Shown piece by piece: positions 1 to 13,457 of a stretch of DNA of 64,000 bases (position 1 is the stretch's first letter; every line of letters starts with the position of its first letter). The notes beneath the pieces were generated by a model that worked only from the letters and a program-made list of their open reading frames with translations, was not told the origin of the DNA and did no database searches. Source of the DNA: Stegostoma tigrinum (lineage: Eukaryota); the NCBI RefSeq assembly GCF_030684315.1, contig NC_081391.1, forward strand, positions 20,606,629 to 20,670,628, written 5' to 3'. Position numbers and translations under genes: made by a program.

Positions 1-201
1 CTCAGCTCCTCCTCCACATCCCCATCTCCTTTGTTCATTGGTGCCTGGGTGGATGGGCTATCCCTGATTGGCTGCCAGTATAATTGGTGACACCATTCCC
101 TGGTCGAATGCAAGATATCTCAGCAGTACAAATGCCAGAGGTTGTGGGTGTGAGGTTTAATTTGAGATTAGTCTAGGTTATAGTGAGTTGGAATAGTGAG
201 G
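1..201 (+). promoter_or_regulatory. Promoter / 5' UTR of copy 1
   Basis: Inverted CCAAT boxes (ATTGG) at 37, 67 and 83. The TATA position reads TACAAA (127) rather than TATAAA. Homologous to the other seven promoters. Confidence 0.7.
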
Positions 202-2423
202 ATGTCCTCCCAAGTGTGTCAGAACTACCACAAGGACTGTGAGGATGCTGTTAACAAGCAGATCAACCTGGAGCTCTATTCCTCCTATGTTTACCTCTCC
301 ATGGTGAGCCTGGTGCTGCATTCTGAAATTTATTTGGGCTGTGTTCTGTTACACTTCAATTGATGCCATTTTGTTAGGAATTGGGAGCTGGTTGTTAGTT
401 GTGTCGTTCATGCTTTTAGTGAGGAATGATGTTGAAGTAACTGTTGGTTACTGCACCTGACCTGCATTAAGACCTGATGTACAAAGCCCTTAACTGGGCT
501 CTTGTCTACTCCTGAGCTAGGAAGCCTGGGTTCAAGTTCTGCCTGTTCCTCAAAAACAATACTTTCCGATCCACTCGTTTGGGAGTTTTATCTGGCCCTA
601 ATTCAACTAAGGTCATATAACATAGTGGCAACCAAGTTGAAATTCCTAGACAAACCCATTTAGTCAACAAGTAACTGGTGAAATGTTGGGGATTCCCATG
701 GGCTTGTTAAATCTGTTTGAAAGTTGCTCCTTTTATGTCTATTTACATAGAATGTGCTTCACTTCCCCCAAAGAGCTTTAATGCACCAAGCTGCTTTCTA
801 AATCCCCCAAACCCAGTGAGATCCTGTGCCTGAGCTGTTCAGCAGCCTCTTGCACTGACTTTAAAGTTCCTGGCCACATTTTAATGGTTGAGCAAAGTAT
901 TAAATCTGCAGGCTAATGGGCAGATGGTCCTCATCTTATAATAGTTTCAGTTATCTGAATACACAGATTTAAGCTGCTATCTTGACCTGAATGAGATTCA
1001 GAAATTGTAGAAGTGAAATTGAACCATCCCTATCTTTTGGCTGCTTTTTGTCTATATACCTGGAGGAAGTTTCAGATTTCTTTCTGTTTTCTGGTTCTTA
1101 TTGATTTTAAAGAACAGTCTCTAACAAGCAAAAAAAATCCAAATCTAATTATTAAATAAACATGCTGTCATTGGTTTTTCTCCTTTCCAATAGTTCTCTC
1201 ATTTTGACCGGGATGATGTTGCCCTGCGTAACTTTGCTGAGTTCTTCAAGGAGCAGTCCCATGAGGAACGGGAACACGCTGAGAAACTGATGGCATTCCA
1301 GAATAAACGTGGAGGTCGTGTCCTCCTGCAGGACATCAAGGTTGGTGTATCCTCCTACATTGTAATGACCTGAACTAGATATGGATTTGAAGCTTGAATT
1401 CTGCTGGGGTAATGTTAAATGGCCCACACTATTCCTAGATACCTTTTTTCAATCTCATTGCTTTGCACTCCCCCTTCATTTTTCACTGAAACATCTGTCT
1501 CTTCCCTCCCTCCAGAAGCCAGAGCAGGATGAGTGGGGCAATGGTTTGGAGGCAGTGCAGAGAGCTCTGCAGATGGAGAAGGATGTGAACCAGAGTCTGC
1601 TGGATCTGCACAAACTCTCCTCTGATTGCGTGGACCCTCATGTGAGTCAAAAATGCTTAGCTGTGGTCTGAAGTCAGACAGACAGCACAGAAATGGACCC
1701 TTCAGTACATGCTGCATGTAAGCCCAAACTAAGCTAGTCCCACCTGCCTGTACCTGGCCCACTTCACTACCAACTGCCCCTATTCATTGTAGTTTTACAA
1801 TGTATAAAACGACTTGGTTGCTGTTCCTTCCACATGCAAACCACTCATCAAAAAGATGCTTATGTCCTTTATTTCTGGCTCCTTAAATTGCCACCTAATC
1901 CTAGAGAAAAGACACTTGCCATTTAACCCTATCTATACTCATGATCTTGTGACCCCTCAACCACCTATGCTCCAGTTGGAAAAACGTTCCAGCCTTTCTT
2001 AACTCCACCTTCCTTCTATACCAGACAACATCCCAGTAAATCTCTCCTGAGCCCCCTGCAGCTCACTGTCTCTCTGGGTGACTGGAACTGCACACAGTAT
2101 TACAAAAGGTGATTCACCAGTGCTTTGTCTTCCATCAACACCACATTATTTTCTCATTGGTTTTTCTCTCTCTATTAAACCATCTCGATACCACTAAATC
2201 TCCATTTCCAAAGGATGCGAATCTCCAAATGTTTCGGGAGAAATTCACTTGTATTTTTTTATTCTAGCTGTGTGACTTCCTGGAGAGGCACTACTTGGAT
2301 GAGCAAGTGAAGATGGTCAAGAAGCTGGGAGATCACATCACCAACCTGAAGAGACTGGGAGCCCCTGACAATGGCATGGGAGAGTACCTGTTTGACAGGC
2401 TCACCCTGGGGGAGAGTGACTGA
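202..2423 (+). CDS. Ferritin copy 1 (heavy chain B-like / middle subunit), 176 aa, 4 exons
   Basis: Exons 202-303, 1194-1340, 1516-1641, 2268-2423 with GT-AG phase-0 introns. Translates [34 protein letters not shown] / [31 protein letters not shown]...QDIK / [13 protein letters not shown]...DPH / [57 protein letters not shown] at 2543-2548. Confidence 0.95.
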
Positions 2424-3595
2424 ACTGACTGCAGGGAGCAAGCTGCTTGTGTTTATTACTGTGAAATGTGTAACTGAGGTATAGGGAGTGTGGTTTGTGA
2501 TGTGCATCGTGTGACACCTGGTTCTATTGTCAAATGTGCAATAATAAATCTGCTCCATATTAGACTGGATTCTTTCTTTCTTTCTCTGGGTGGTCTCCAT
2601 TTATTGCTTTCCAATCTGGACTGCTGACTTGCCAGAATGCTTTGCCGAGTGATCGATGCTGTGTAGTTAATCTGAAGCCTGTAACGTGCAATGATGGCCA
2701 ACATAAGAAGATGGTGTAACTGCCTGGTTTGTGCCCCTTAGCAAGTGTTGTTACTAATCCCCTCCCTACACAGTACGCTGACCTTAATCCTCCTTGGCCA
2801 GATGCTGCTGATCTTGGATGGCAGTCCTCGATTGGGACGGACCCAGCAAGGAAGAGCCCTGTTGCCACGAGTGACTAATTTCTCTCGGGTGGGGAATGTG
2901 TGGGGTTTTTTTTATATTTTAAAACTCTCCTCAAACACAAACTAACTCCTTTTATGAACTGGCTGGAGCCATTTTTGGATGTAGAGATGTGTTCGTGTTC
3001 CCCCTACCTCTGGGTGCTGCTCTTAGCTTCTCCCTGGGGCTGTCTTGCCCCTTGCCTTGTGTGGGGCTTGGTTCTGTTCTGTTCTGTTCTGATATTCTGC
3101 CCCACTATGAATCCTCTCAAAAGGGGGCAGTAGTTGCAGGAAATCATCCATTTCAGCAAAGCCTTCAGAGTATCGAAAAGGGGGGGGGGGTGGGGTGTTT
3201 GTTTTTCCTGGTCTACACAAGTTAACTTTTTTGTTTAAACCCACAGTCATGTTCCATTGACACTGAAACACAAACTAAGAAGCACCTTCATCAAAAAAAA
3301 CCCTCGAGTCTGTTGCATCCGTATGCTCAAACGGAATTGTTCTGGCAATACTATTAGGTGGCTGTGGGTCATCTTGATTTGCAATTTCAACAGCAAGCTT
3401 CAATCAGCTGATCTTTAGATGTAGGAGTTTAGTCAAGATACTGCAAATGCATAGTGTTGCAGTCCTCTCACCGAGGCATATAAATATTTTTGGAGGTGCT
3501 AAAAGCAAAGTCCTCATGCCTAAAGGACAATTCTCCTCACAAGTGGACAGTTTTCCATTTTCCATTTTCCACTTCCTCGTCGAAAGGGACAATTG

Positions 3596-5973
3596 ATAGA
3601 TATAGAACAGTAGAGCACAGAACAGGCCCTCCAGCCCACAATGTTGTGCCGACCATTGATGCTCACGTATGCACCCTCAAATTTCTGTGACCGTATGCAT
3701 GTCCAGCAGTCTCTTAAATGACCCCAATGACCTTGCTTCCACAACTGCTGCTGGCAACGCATTCCATGCTCTCACAACTCTCTGTGTAAAGAACCCGCCT
3801 CTGACATCCCCTCTATACTTTCCACCGACCAGCTTAAAACTATGACCCCTCGTGCTAACCATTTCTGCCCTGGGAAATAGTCTGTGGCTATCAACTCTAT
3901 CTATGCCTCTCATTATCTTGTATACCTCAATTAGGTCCCCTCTCCTCCTCCTTTTCTCCAATGAAAAGAGACCGAGCTCAGTCAACCTCTCTTCATAAGA
4001 TAAGCCCTCCAGTCCAGGCAGCATCCTGGTAAACCTCCTCTGAACCCTCTCCAAAGCATCCACATCTTTCCTATAATACGGCGCCCAGAACTGGATGCAG
4101 TATTCCAAGTGCGGTCTAACCAAAGTTTTATAGAGCTGCAACAAGATCTCACGACTCTTAAACTCAATCCCCCTGTTAATGAAAGCCAAAACACCATATG
4201 CTTTCTTAACAACCCTGTCCACTTGGGTGGCCATTTTAAAGGATCTATGTATCTGCACACCAAGATCCCTCTGCTCCTCCACACTGCCAAGAATCCTATC
4301 CTTAATCCTGTACTCAGCTTTCAAATTCGACCTTCCAAAATGCATCACCTCGCATTTATCCAGGTTGAACTCCATCTGCCACCTCTCAGCCCATCTCTGC
4401 ATCCTGTCAATGTCCCGCTGCAGCCTACAACAGCCGTCTATACTGTAAATGACACCTCCGACCTTTGTGTCATCTGCAAACTTGCTGACCCATCCTTCAA
4501 TCCCCTCATCCAAGTCATTAATAAAAATTACAAACAGTAGAGGCCCAAGGACAGAGCCCTGTGGAACCCCACTCACCACTGACTTCCAGGCAGAATATTT
4601 TCCTTCTACTACCACTCGCTGTCTTCTGTTGGCCAGCCAATTCTGTATCCAAGCAGCTAAGTTCCCTTGTATCCCATTCCTCTTGACCTTCTGAATGAGC
4701 CTACCATGGGGAACCTTATCAAATGCCTTACTGAAGTCCATATACACCACATCCACAGCTCGACCCTCATCAACTTTTCTAGTCACATCCTCAAAGAACT
4801 CAATAAGGTTTGTGAGGCATGACCTACCCCTCACAAAGCCATGTTGACTGTATTTGATCAAGCCATGCTCTTCCATATGGTCATAAATCCTATCCCTCAG
4901 AATTCTTTCTAACACCTTGCAGACAACAGACGTGAGACTTACTGGTCTGTAATTGCCGGGGATTTCCCTATTTCCTTTCTTGAAGAGAGGAATTACATTT
5001 GCCTCTCTCCAGTCCTCAGGTACGACTCCAGTGAAGAGCGAGGATGCAAAGATCTTCGCAAGTGGCGAAGCAATTACATTTCTCGCTTCCCAAAGCAGCC
5101 GAGGACAAATCTGGTCCGGGCCTGGCGACTTGTCAATTTTAATGTTTGACAGAATTTTCAGCACATCAGCTTCCTCTATCTCTATCCATTCCAGCATGCA
5201 CACCTGCTCTTCAAAGGTTTCATTCACTACAAACTTTGTTTGTTTCGTAAAGACAGAAGCAAAAAACTCATTTAGGGCTTCCCCTACCTCCTCAGACTCC
5301 ACACACAAGTTCCCTATGCTATCCCTGATCGGCCCTACTCTTTCTTTGACCATTCTCTTATTCCTCACATAAGTGTAAAATGCCTTTGTGTTTTCCCGGA
5401 TTCCTTCTGCCAAGCCTTTCTCGTGCCCCCTCCTGGCTCTCCTCAGACCATTTTTGAGCTCTTTCCTCGCCTGCCTGTAATCCTCTAGAGCTGAGCTTGA
5501 CCCTAGCTTCCTCCACCTTATGGAAGCTACCTTCTTCCTTTTGACGAGAAGCTCCACCGCTCTCGTCATCCAAGGTTCCTTTATCTTACCCCTTCTTGCC
5601 TGTCTCAGAGGGACATATTTACTCATCACTCACAACAACTGTTCCTTAAACAGTCTCCACATGTCTATAGTTCCCTTACCATGGAACAATTGCTCCCAGT
5701 CCATGCTTCCTAACTCATGTCTAATCGCGTCATAGTTTCCTCTTCCCCAATTAAATATCCTCCCATTTTGCCTAATCCTCTCCTTCTCCATAGCTATGTA
5801 GAATCTGAGGCAGTTATGGTCACTATCACCAAAATGCTCTCCCACCACAAGATCTGATACCTGCCCCGGCTCGTTTCCGAGCACCAAGTCTAGAATGGCC
5901 TCTCCCCTCGTCGGCCTGTCAACGTACTGCGTTAGGAAACCCTCCTGAACACACCTTACAAAAACTGCTCCAT
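3596..5973 (-). mobile_element. Young 5'-truncated CR1 LINE (end of APE endonuclease, RT domain, 3' UTR)
   Basis: ORF2 motifs NYRPVSLTS, DFSKAFDKVPH, GVPQGSVLGP, FADD, LVRPHLEYC. One in-frame TGA (5630-5632) separates ORFs 5630-5887 and 3677-5629. The 3' tail ends in TTCTATATCTATC. Confidence 0.95.
3677..5629 (-). CDS. CR1 ORF2 reverse transcriptase, uninterrupted 650-codon segment of a 5'-truncated element (probably not expressed)
   Basis: ORF track translation shows the non-LTR RT motifs (QHGF, DFSKAFD, PQGSVLGP, FADD). Confidence 0.7.
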   Translation of the reverse strand: MMSKYVPLRQARRGKIKEPWMTRAVELLVKRKKVASIRWRKLGSSSALEDYRQARKELKNGLRRARRGHEKGLAEGIRENTKAFYTYVRNKRMVKERVGPIRDSIGNLCVESEEVGEALNEFFASVFTKQTKFVVNETFEEQVCMLEWIEIEEADVLKILSNIKIDKSPGPDQICPRLLWEARNVIASPLAKIFASSLFTGVVPEDWREANVIPLFKKGNREIPGNYRPVSLTSVVCKVLERILRDRIYDHMEEHGLIKYSQHGFVRGRSCLTNLIEFFEDVTRKVDEGRAVDVVYMDFSKAFDKVPHGRLIQKVKRNGIQGNLAAWIQNWLANRRQRVVVEGKYSAWKSVVSGVPQGSVLGPLLFVIFINDLDEGIEGWVSKFADDTKVGGVIYSIDGCCRLQRDIDRMQRWAERWQMEFNLDKCEVMHFGRSNLKAEYRIKDRILGSVEEQRDLGVQIHRSFKMATQVDRVVKKAYGVLAFINRGIEFKSREILLQLYKTLVRPHLEYCIQFWAPYYRKDVDALERVQRRFTRMLPGLEGLSYEERLTELGLFSLEKRRRRGDLIEVYKIMRGIDRVDSHRLFPRAEMVSTRGHSFKLVGGKYRGDVRGGFFTQRVVRAWNALPAAVVEARSLGSFKRLLDMHTVTEI

Positions 5974-6649
5974 TTACGATTTATTTTTCTGCAGAGCCAG
6001 TGACCAGAGGCTTTTGAAATCACCAGGCATGGAGCTGGATGAACACAGCAGGTCAAGCAGCATCTTAGGAGCACAAAAGTGTTTTTGTTCCCATTATCTC
6101 TGATACAATTTTAACCAGAGGTCTCTGATGTGGGTGACGTTGGGATAGTAAGTCAAACCAAATCAGCTTCCCTATGTCATGATATATAAAACTAAAACAT
6201 TCTACCACCCTTGTTGCCCAGATGTTATGTCTTAAAGCCTGGTTAGAAGTAAATCAGGCACCAAATCTAAGGCTTAAGCAAGATACTTCATTAATATTGT
6301 AATAGCCGAGCAAAGCTAAGGACAGTGATTTAATGTCTCTGATTTAAACCAATCTTGAGTCCTAACCTATTCTTTCATGAACAGAAACAGTTAAGTTGAT
6401 CAACTGGTCAGTTAACTTCGGCAGTTTTAAAAGCTTGGTGCAAAACCTTCATGTAATCTTGACTAATGAATCATTCGCCAGATGTACCTTGCTTGAATTC
6501 TGCAGCCAATGCAAAAAGATTCTGTTGGAGACTTTTACTACGTGTCTGATAGACTGGGGCTCTTCTTCTCAGAGCTTCCAATAATTTGATAACTGGGTGT
6601 AAACTAGAAAGTAACTAAAGCTCCACCCTCTAGCTTTCACTGGCCACTA

Positions 6650-8055
6650 ACAGATACCTGGATCATGTACAACCATGAGTGAGGAACGAGAGGACTGGAG
6701 AGTGGCTAACGTTTGCCTTTATTAGTATAAAGGCTGTAAGGAGGAGCCTGACAAATATAGATGCGTTGGTTTGGTGCTAGTGATGGAGAGGTTGTTGGAG
6801 GGGTTTGAGAGAGGTTTTATGTGCATTTGAAGATGCAAGAAGAGATTGTGTATGGTCGGCAAAGCTTTGTGTGTGAGATACCATGTCTCTCAAACTTGAT
6901 GGTCCTTTTTAAGGACATGACCAAAGAGAGAGATGAGGGTAGGGTGGTATATATTGTCTACATGACGTTTGTGAAGCATTTGACATGGTTGCCTGTGATA
7001 GACTGATTAGTAAAGTTACATGTCAAGGAGAGCTTGCCAATTGGTTACAAACTTTGTTTGACGGTAAGACTGAGAGCGGGTGGTGGTAAAGAAATGTTTT
7101 CATACTGGATGCCTGTGATCAGTGATGTTCCATAGGGCTCGGTGCTGGGTTCACTGTTGATTGTCATTTATTTAAAACAATTCGGATTAGAATTTAAGAA
7201 GCATGGTCAGCAAGTTTGCAGGTGATTGCAAAATTGGTGGTATATTACATAGTGAAGAAGGTTGCCCAAGACTGCAAAGGGATCTCGATCACTTGGACTG
7301 GTGGAGTTTAATTTAAACAAATGTGAGGTGTTGCATTATGGTCAGACAAACAAGGGCAGAACCTATCCTGTCAATGATAGATAGTGTCCTGGGAAATGTT
7401 GCTGGCGAGAGAGGCCCCAGTTTCAGGTACACAGTTCATTGAAAGCAGCACCACATGTAGACAGGGTGGTAAAGACAGCATTTAGTACAAGCACATTCAT
7501 TCCTCAGACCAGTGAGTGTACGAGTTGGGAAGCCATGATGTGATTCGAGAGGGCGTTGATACGACTAGTTTTGGCATACTCTGTCCGGTTCTGGTCACCG
7601 TGTTATAGGAAGGATATTATTAAATTGGAAAGGGGTCTAGAGAAGCTGTGACTTCTTTCACAGGAGTGTAGGAGGTTGAGGGGTGGCCTAATAGACATTA
7701 ATAAAATCCTGTAGGACATAGATAAAGTGAATAGCACAGGTCCTTTCCCGACAAGGGGGTTGGAGGGCGAGTTCAACACCAGACAACATATTCTTAAGTG
7801 AGAGGAGAAAGATTTAAAAGGGGTGACCTTTTCATACAGAGAGTGGTTCGCATGTGGAATGAACTGCCAGAAAATTGTAGATCCATGTACAGTTACAAAA
7901 TTTAATAGACATTTGGACAAGTACGTCAATAGAAAAGTTTGAGGGATTTGGGCTAAGAGCAGGCAAATGGGGCCAGTTTAGTTTTGTGAAACTTGATCAG
8001 CATGGACGAGTTAGACCGAAGGGTCTGTTTCTGAGCTGTACGACTCCATGACGCT
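6650..8055 (+). mobile_element. Decayed CR1 LINE 3' part
   Basis: Degenerate RT motifs (CLSNL...F, DEGRVV...VY, KFAGD) and a CR1-type 3' UTR (gaccgaagggtctgtttctg). Confidence 0.85.
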
Positions 8056-8229
8056 GCCTTCTGCCAAACAAAAGCCAGTCAGACCCTGATCAATTTTTGC
8101 TTTCTCCTTTCCCCAAAGTTCTCTCTGCTTGAGCAGTCAACACTGTCTCCCCCTTCGATTGCCTTTTTCAACATCCAAGCAGCTGCCAGGCCTTGTGCCC
8201 CAAGTGTGTCACCATCCAGACTGCTCTTT

Positions 8230-8320
8230 ACATAGAACATAGAACATAGAACATTACGGCACAGTACAGGCCCTTCGGCCCTCGATGTTGTGCCGACCTG
8301 TCATTTCGATCTGAAGCCCA
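8230..8320 (-). mobile_element. Short CR1 3'-end insertion with (TTCTATG)n tail
   Basis: catagaacatagaacatagaac...ggcccttcggccctcgatgttgtgccgacc; near-identical to the copies at 25266, 43781 and 44474. Confidence 0.8.
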
Positions 8321-8947
8321 AATCTTTGACCAATCTTCAAACAGCAATCAACTTTCGAGGCTACTTACCATAAAGACATATCAGTTTATCTTTTCTTTCC
8401 TATTTGTTTATTAAAACAAGCTGATACTCAAAGTCTGCTGTTTAATTCTTAACTTCAACTCACAGTTTCACCCCAAGATGAGAAACATTAAAAACAGTGA
8501 CCAATCCAACAGCACTGAGTGACTACGTGATGTCCAGTATTGCGAACATAGCCTTCTATGACGACAGGGCATTCTGTGTCTTTCGGCTCATTTTTGACAG
8601 GGATGGGGGAAATTTATGGATATATTTTCAGTTTGGGTGGGTCAATTAGTGGCATCTCTCCCAAGAGGCCAGTGCCTGAATGGGGATTGGTAGCTCCAGG
8701 CACCCCTCTCTGTCACTTCCCACTGATCGCAGAGATTAATCCCAAGGCAACAGTTTGCATCCCCACATCCAGGAACTGAATGTCTCTGATTAATCCAGAT
8801 GTTAACATGGGAGATTTTCATGAGGAACAGTATTGATGCAAAAGAACCACAGGGAGAGCCAGGTTGTTAAGTTCTAGAGTTCATAATCTGAGACAATGGC
8901 AGAAGCAGATTAAATAGTAGCTTTCATGAAGATGTCAGATATGCACA

Positions 8948-10243
8948 CGTTATGGATCAGACCAAACCCCCTTAACATATTCAAAGAGAATGGTGGAACA
9001 GTCACCGAAGGTTGGCATGCAGGTACAGCAGGCAATGAGGAAAGCCAATGGCATGCCAGCCTTCACAGCAAGAGGATTTGAATATCGGAACAAGGGTGAC
9101 TTGCTGCTGTCACACAGGGCCTTAGTGGGGCCACACCTTGAGTACTGTGTGCAGTTTTGGTTTCCTGGTCTGAGGAAGGAAGTTCTTACTCTTGAAGGAA
9201 TCCAACAAAGATTCTCCAGTCTGATTCCTGGGTAGGCAGGATTGACATATGAGGAATGGGCTTGTACTCACTGGGATTTAGAAGACGGAGGGGGATTTCA
9301 TTGAAACATATAAAATCCTGTTGACACTGGACAGGGTAGATGCAGGAAGAATGTTCCCAATGTTTGAGAGGTCAAGAACGAGGGTTTATAGTCTAAGAAT
9401 AAAGGAAAGGCCACTCAGGAGTAAAATGAGGAAGAATTTCCTCTCTCAGAGTTGTGAACCTGTGGAATTCACCCCCACAGAAAGCAGTTGGGTTCAGTTT
9501 GTTAGATTTCTTCAAAAGGGAGCTGGACAGGGCCCTTAAGGCTAAAGGGATCAAGGGGTATGGAGAAAAAATGGGAACAGGGTACTGAGATTGCATGATC
9601 AGCCAGGATCACATTGCATCTACTTTCAATGTTTCTATGATAGCCTGCACTTTAGCATTTTCTCATATTAATGGCAAATTCCAGACATTGTGTGCCAGAT
9701 GCAATTTGATTAGTCAAAATACCAGGCTTGATGTAAAACACACTTTATTCATAAACTGTAGTTAAAATACAACAAAAGAAAGAAGAAGTTGGAAAGCTTA
9801 CCTGTTGAGAAAATTATCAGAATAATAGAGTATTTAATTGTTAATAATTAACTGTTCCAGTATATAATAGCCCATAAACACGCCCTTGGCAATGGCAGAT
9901 TCAGTGAATAGATTGTCTCACATGCAATTCTAACGGCCAGAGGAGAACTCCCAGCTTGTAGCTGTAACAGAGAGAGGAAAAGCAGCTTCCACATCTGGCT
10001 TCAAGACCCCAGCAGCAACTGCCACTGAAAACTTACTAACTTAAAAACGTTGGCTCTGGGGCAGCTTGAGTCCACCCGTTCAGGCTGCGTCTATTGTTCC
10101 AATTTAAAAAGAAAACCATTACCTCACAAGCTGTTTACTTTATTGAACACAAATAGATTACTCAGTACCTCTGCCTTAACATTTCTCTTTAAAACATAAA
10201 CCCAGGACAAAAATACATTACTTACAGATGTACAATTGTCACA
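8948..10243. mobile_element. Solo-LTR-like element interrupted by a CR1 fragment
   Basis: Begins (T/C)GTTATGG and ends GTCACA, with a TSD-like caca/taca. Related copies at 16564 and 23259. Confidence 0.6.
8990..9640 (+). mobile_element. CR1 LINE 3' fragment nested in the solo LTR
   Basis: Translates ALVGPHLEYCVQFW...LEGIQQRF; absent from the paralogous LTR at 16564. Confidence 0.85.
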
Positions 10244-10899
10244 TACACGAAAGGAAATATGGTAGAAGTGGGCAAATGGATTGAAACTGCCGAGTTAATT
10301 CACAGCTGGCACAGGCACATGGGATAAATGGCCTTATCTGAGTCTATGAATCAATGTTGAGTCAAACAGCTTGAGAAAATTTGCATCCTTTCCAATCAGA
10401 CTCAAACATTCCTCAGCAATGTTGAAAGTTCACCAGTGAAGGACTAATTAAAAAAAACCAACATTGATGGCAGGAAAAGACCAGCTTCAGCCAATGGGAG
10501 ATGAGTGTCTGAATGACACAGGATTCAGTCGCGTTCACTCACTCCCATTCTCACATTTTCATTTCTCTATCCAATGGCTGGTTTGCAAATTCAGCTTGAA
10601 TTCAAGACAACTTCATTCCTTTGAGTGTTGTGTCAGCTCCAAATCTCCTCAGGAGAAACAAACTTGACCAGGTTATGTAAAGCTGCTCCAGCAAAAGTAA
10701 CAAATTATCACCAAATTCAAAGATGTGGTTCCTGATGATTAAACACTTGCCGATTCTGAAACTCCTTCAAAATGAACGAGGTGTCAAAATTCAAAGTTGG
10801 GGTTCCAGAATCTGAGACACTTTTAAATCTCAATACAATCAATTGGGCCAAATTCAATGACATGATTGGGATTAAACTTTGAAACCTCTCTGTATTCTG

Positions 10900-11123
10900 A
10901 ATCTCTGATTGGCTCTCAAGCTCAGTCCCTTCCCCCAGCCCCTTTAGACTCTCCTTTGTTCATTGGTGCCTAGATTGATGGCGATTCCTCAGTGGCTGTC
11001 AGAGATTGTCAATCATCATTGGTGATGTCATTCCCTGTTGAGTGCAGCATGTTCCCAGAAGTATAAATACAAGAGCTCATGGCCTGAAAGCTCAGTTTTG
11101 GAGTGGTCTTGGTTATAGTGAAG
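10900..11123 (+). promoter_or_regulatory. Promoter of copy 2
   Basis: ATTGG at 10908, 10962 and 11018; TGATGTCA 11023; GAGTGCA (reverse TGCACTC) 11040; TATAAA 11062. Confidence 0.75.

Positions 11124-13457
<2,334 letters not shown>

Noticed and set aside
2259-2600. Recurrent minus-strand ORFs (…[21 protein letters not shown]…, …[14 protein letters not shown]…) at every copy
   Set aside because: They are antisense shadows of the conserved ferritin exons; similarity ends at the exon borders.
4109-5735. Plus-strand ORFs overlapping the CR1 RT
   Set aside because: Antisense frames of the LINE ORF2 with no independent evidence.
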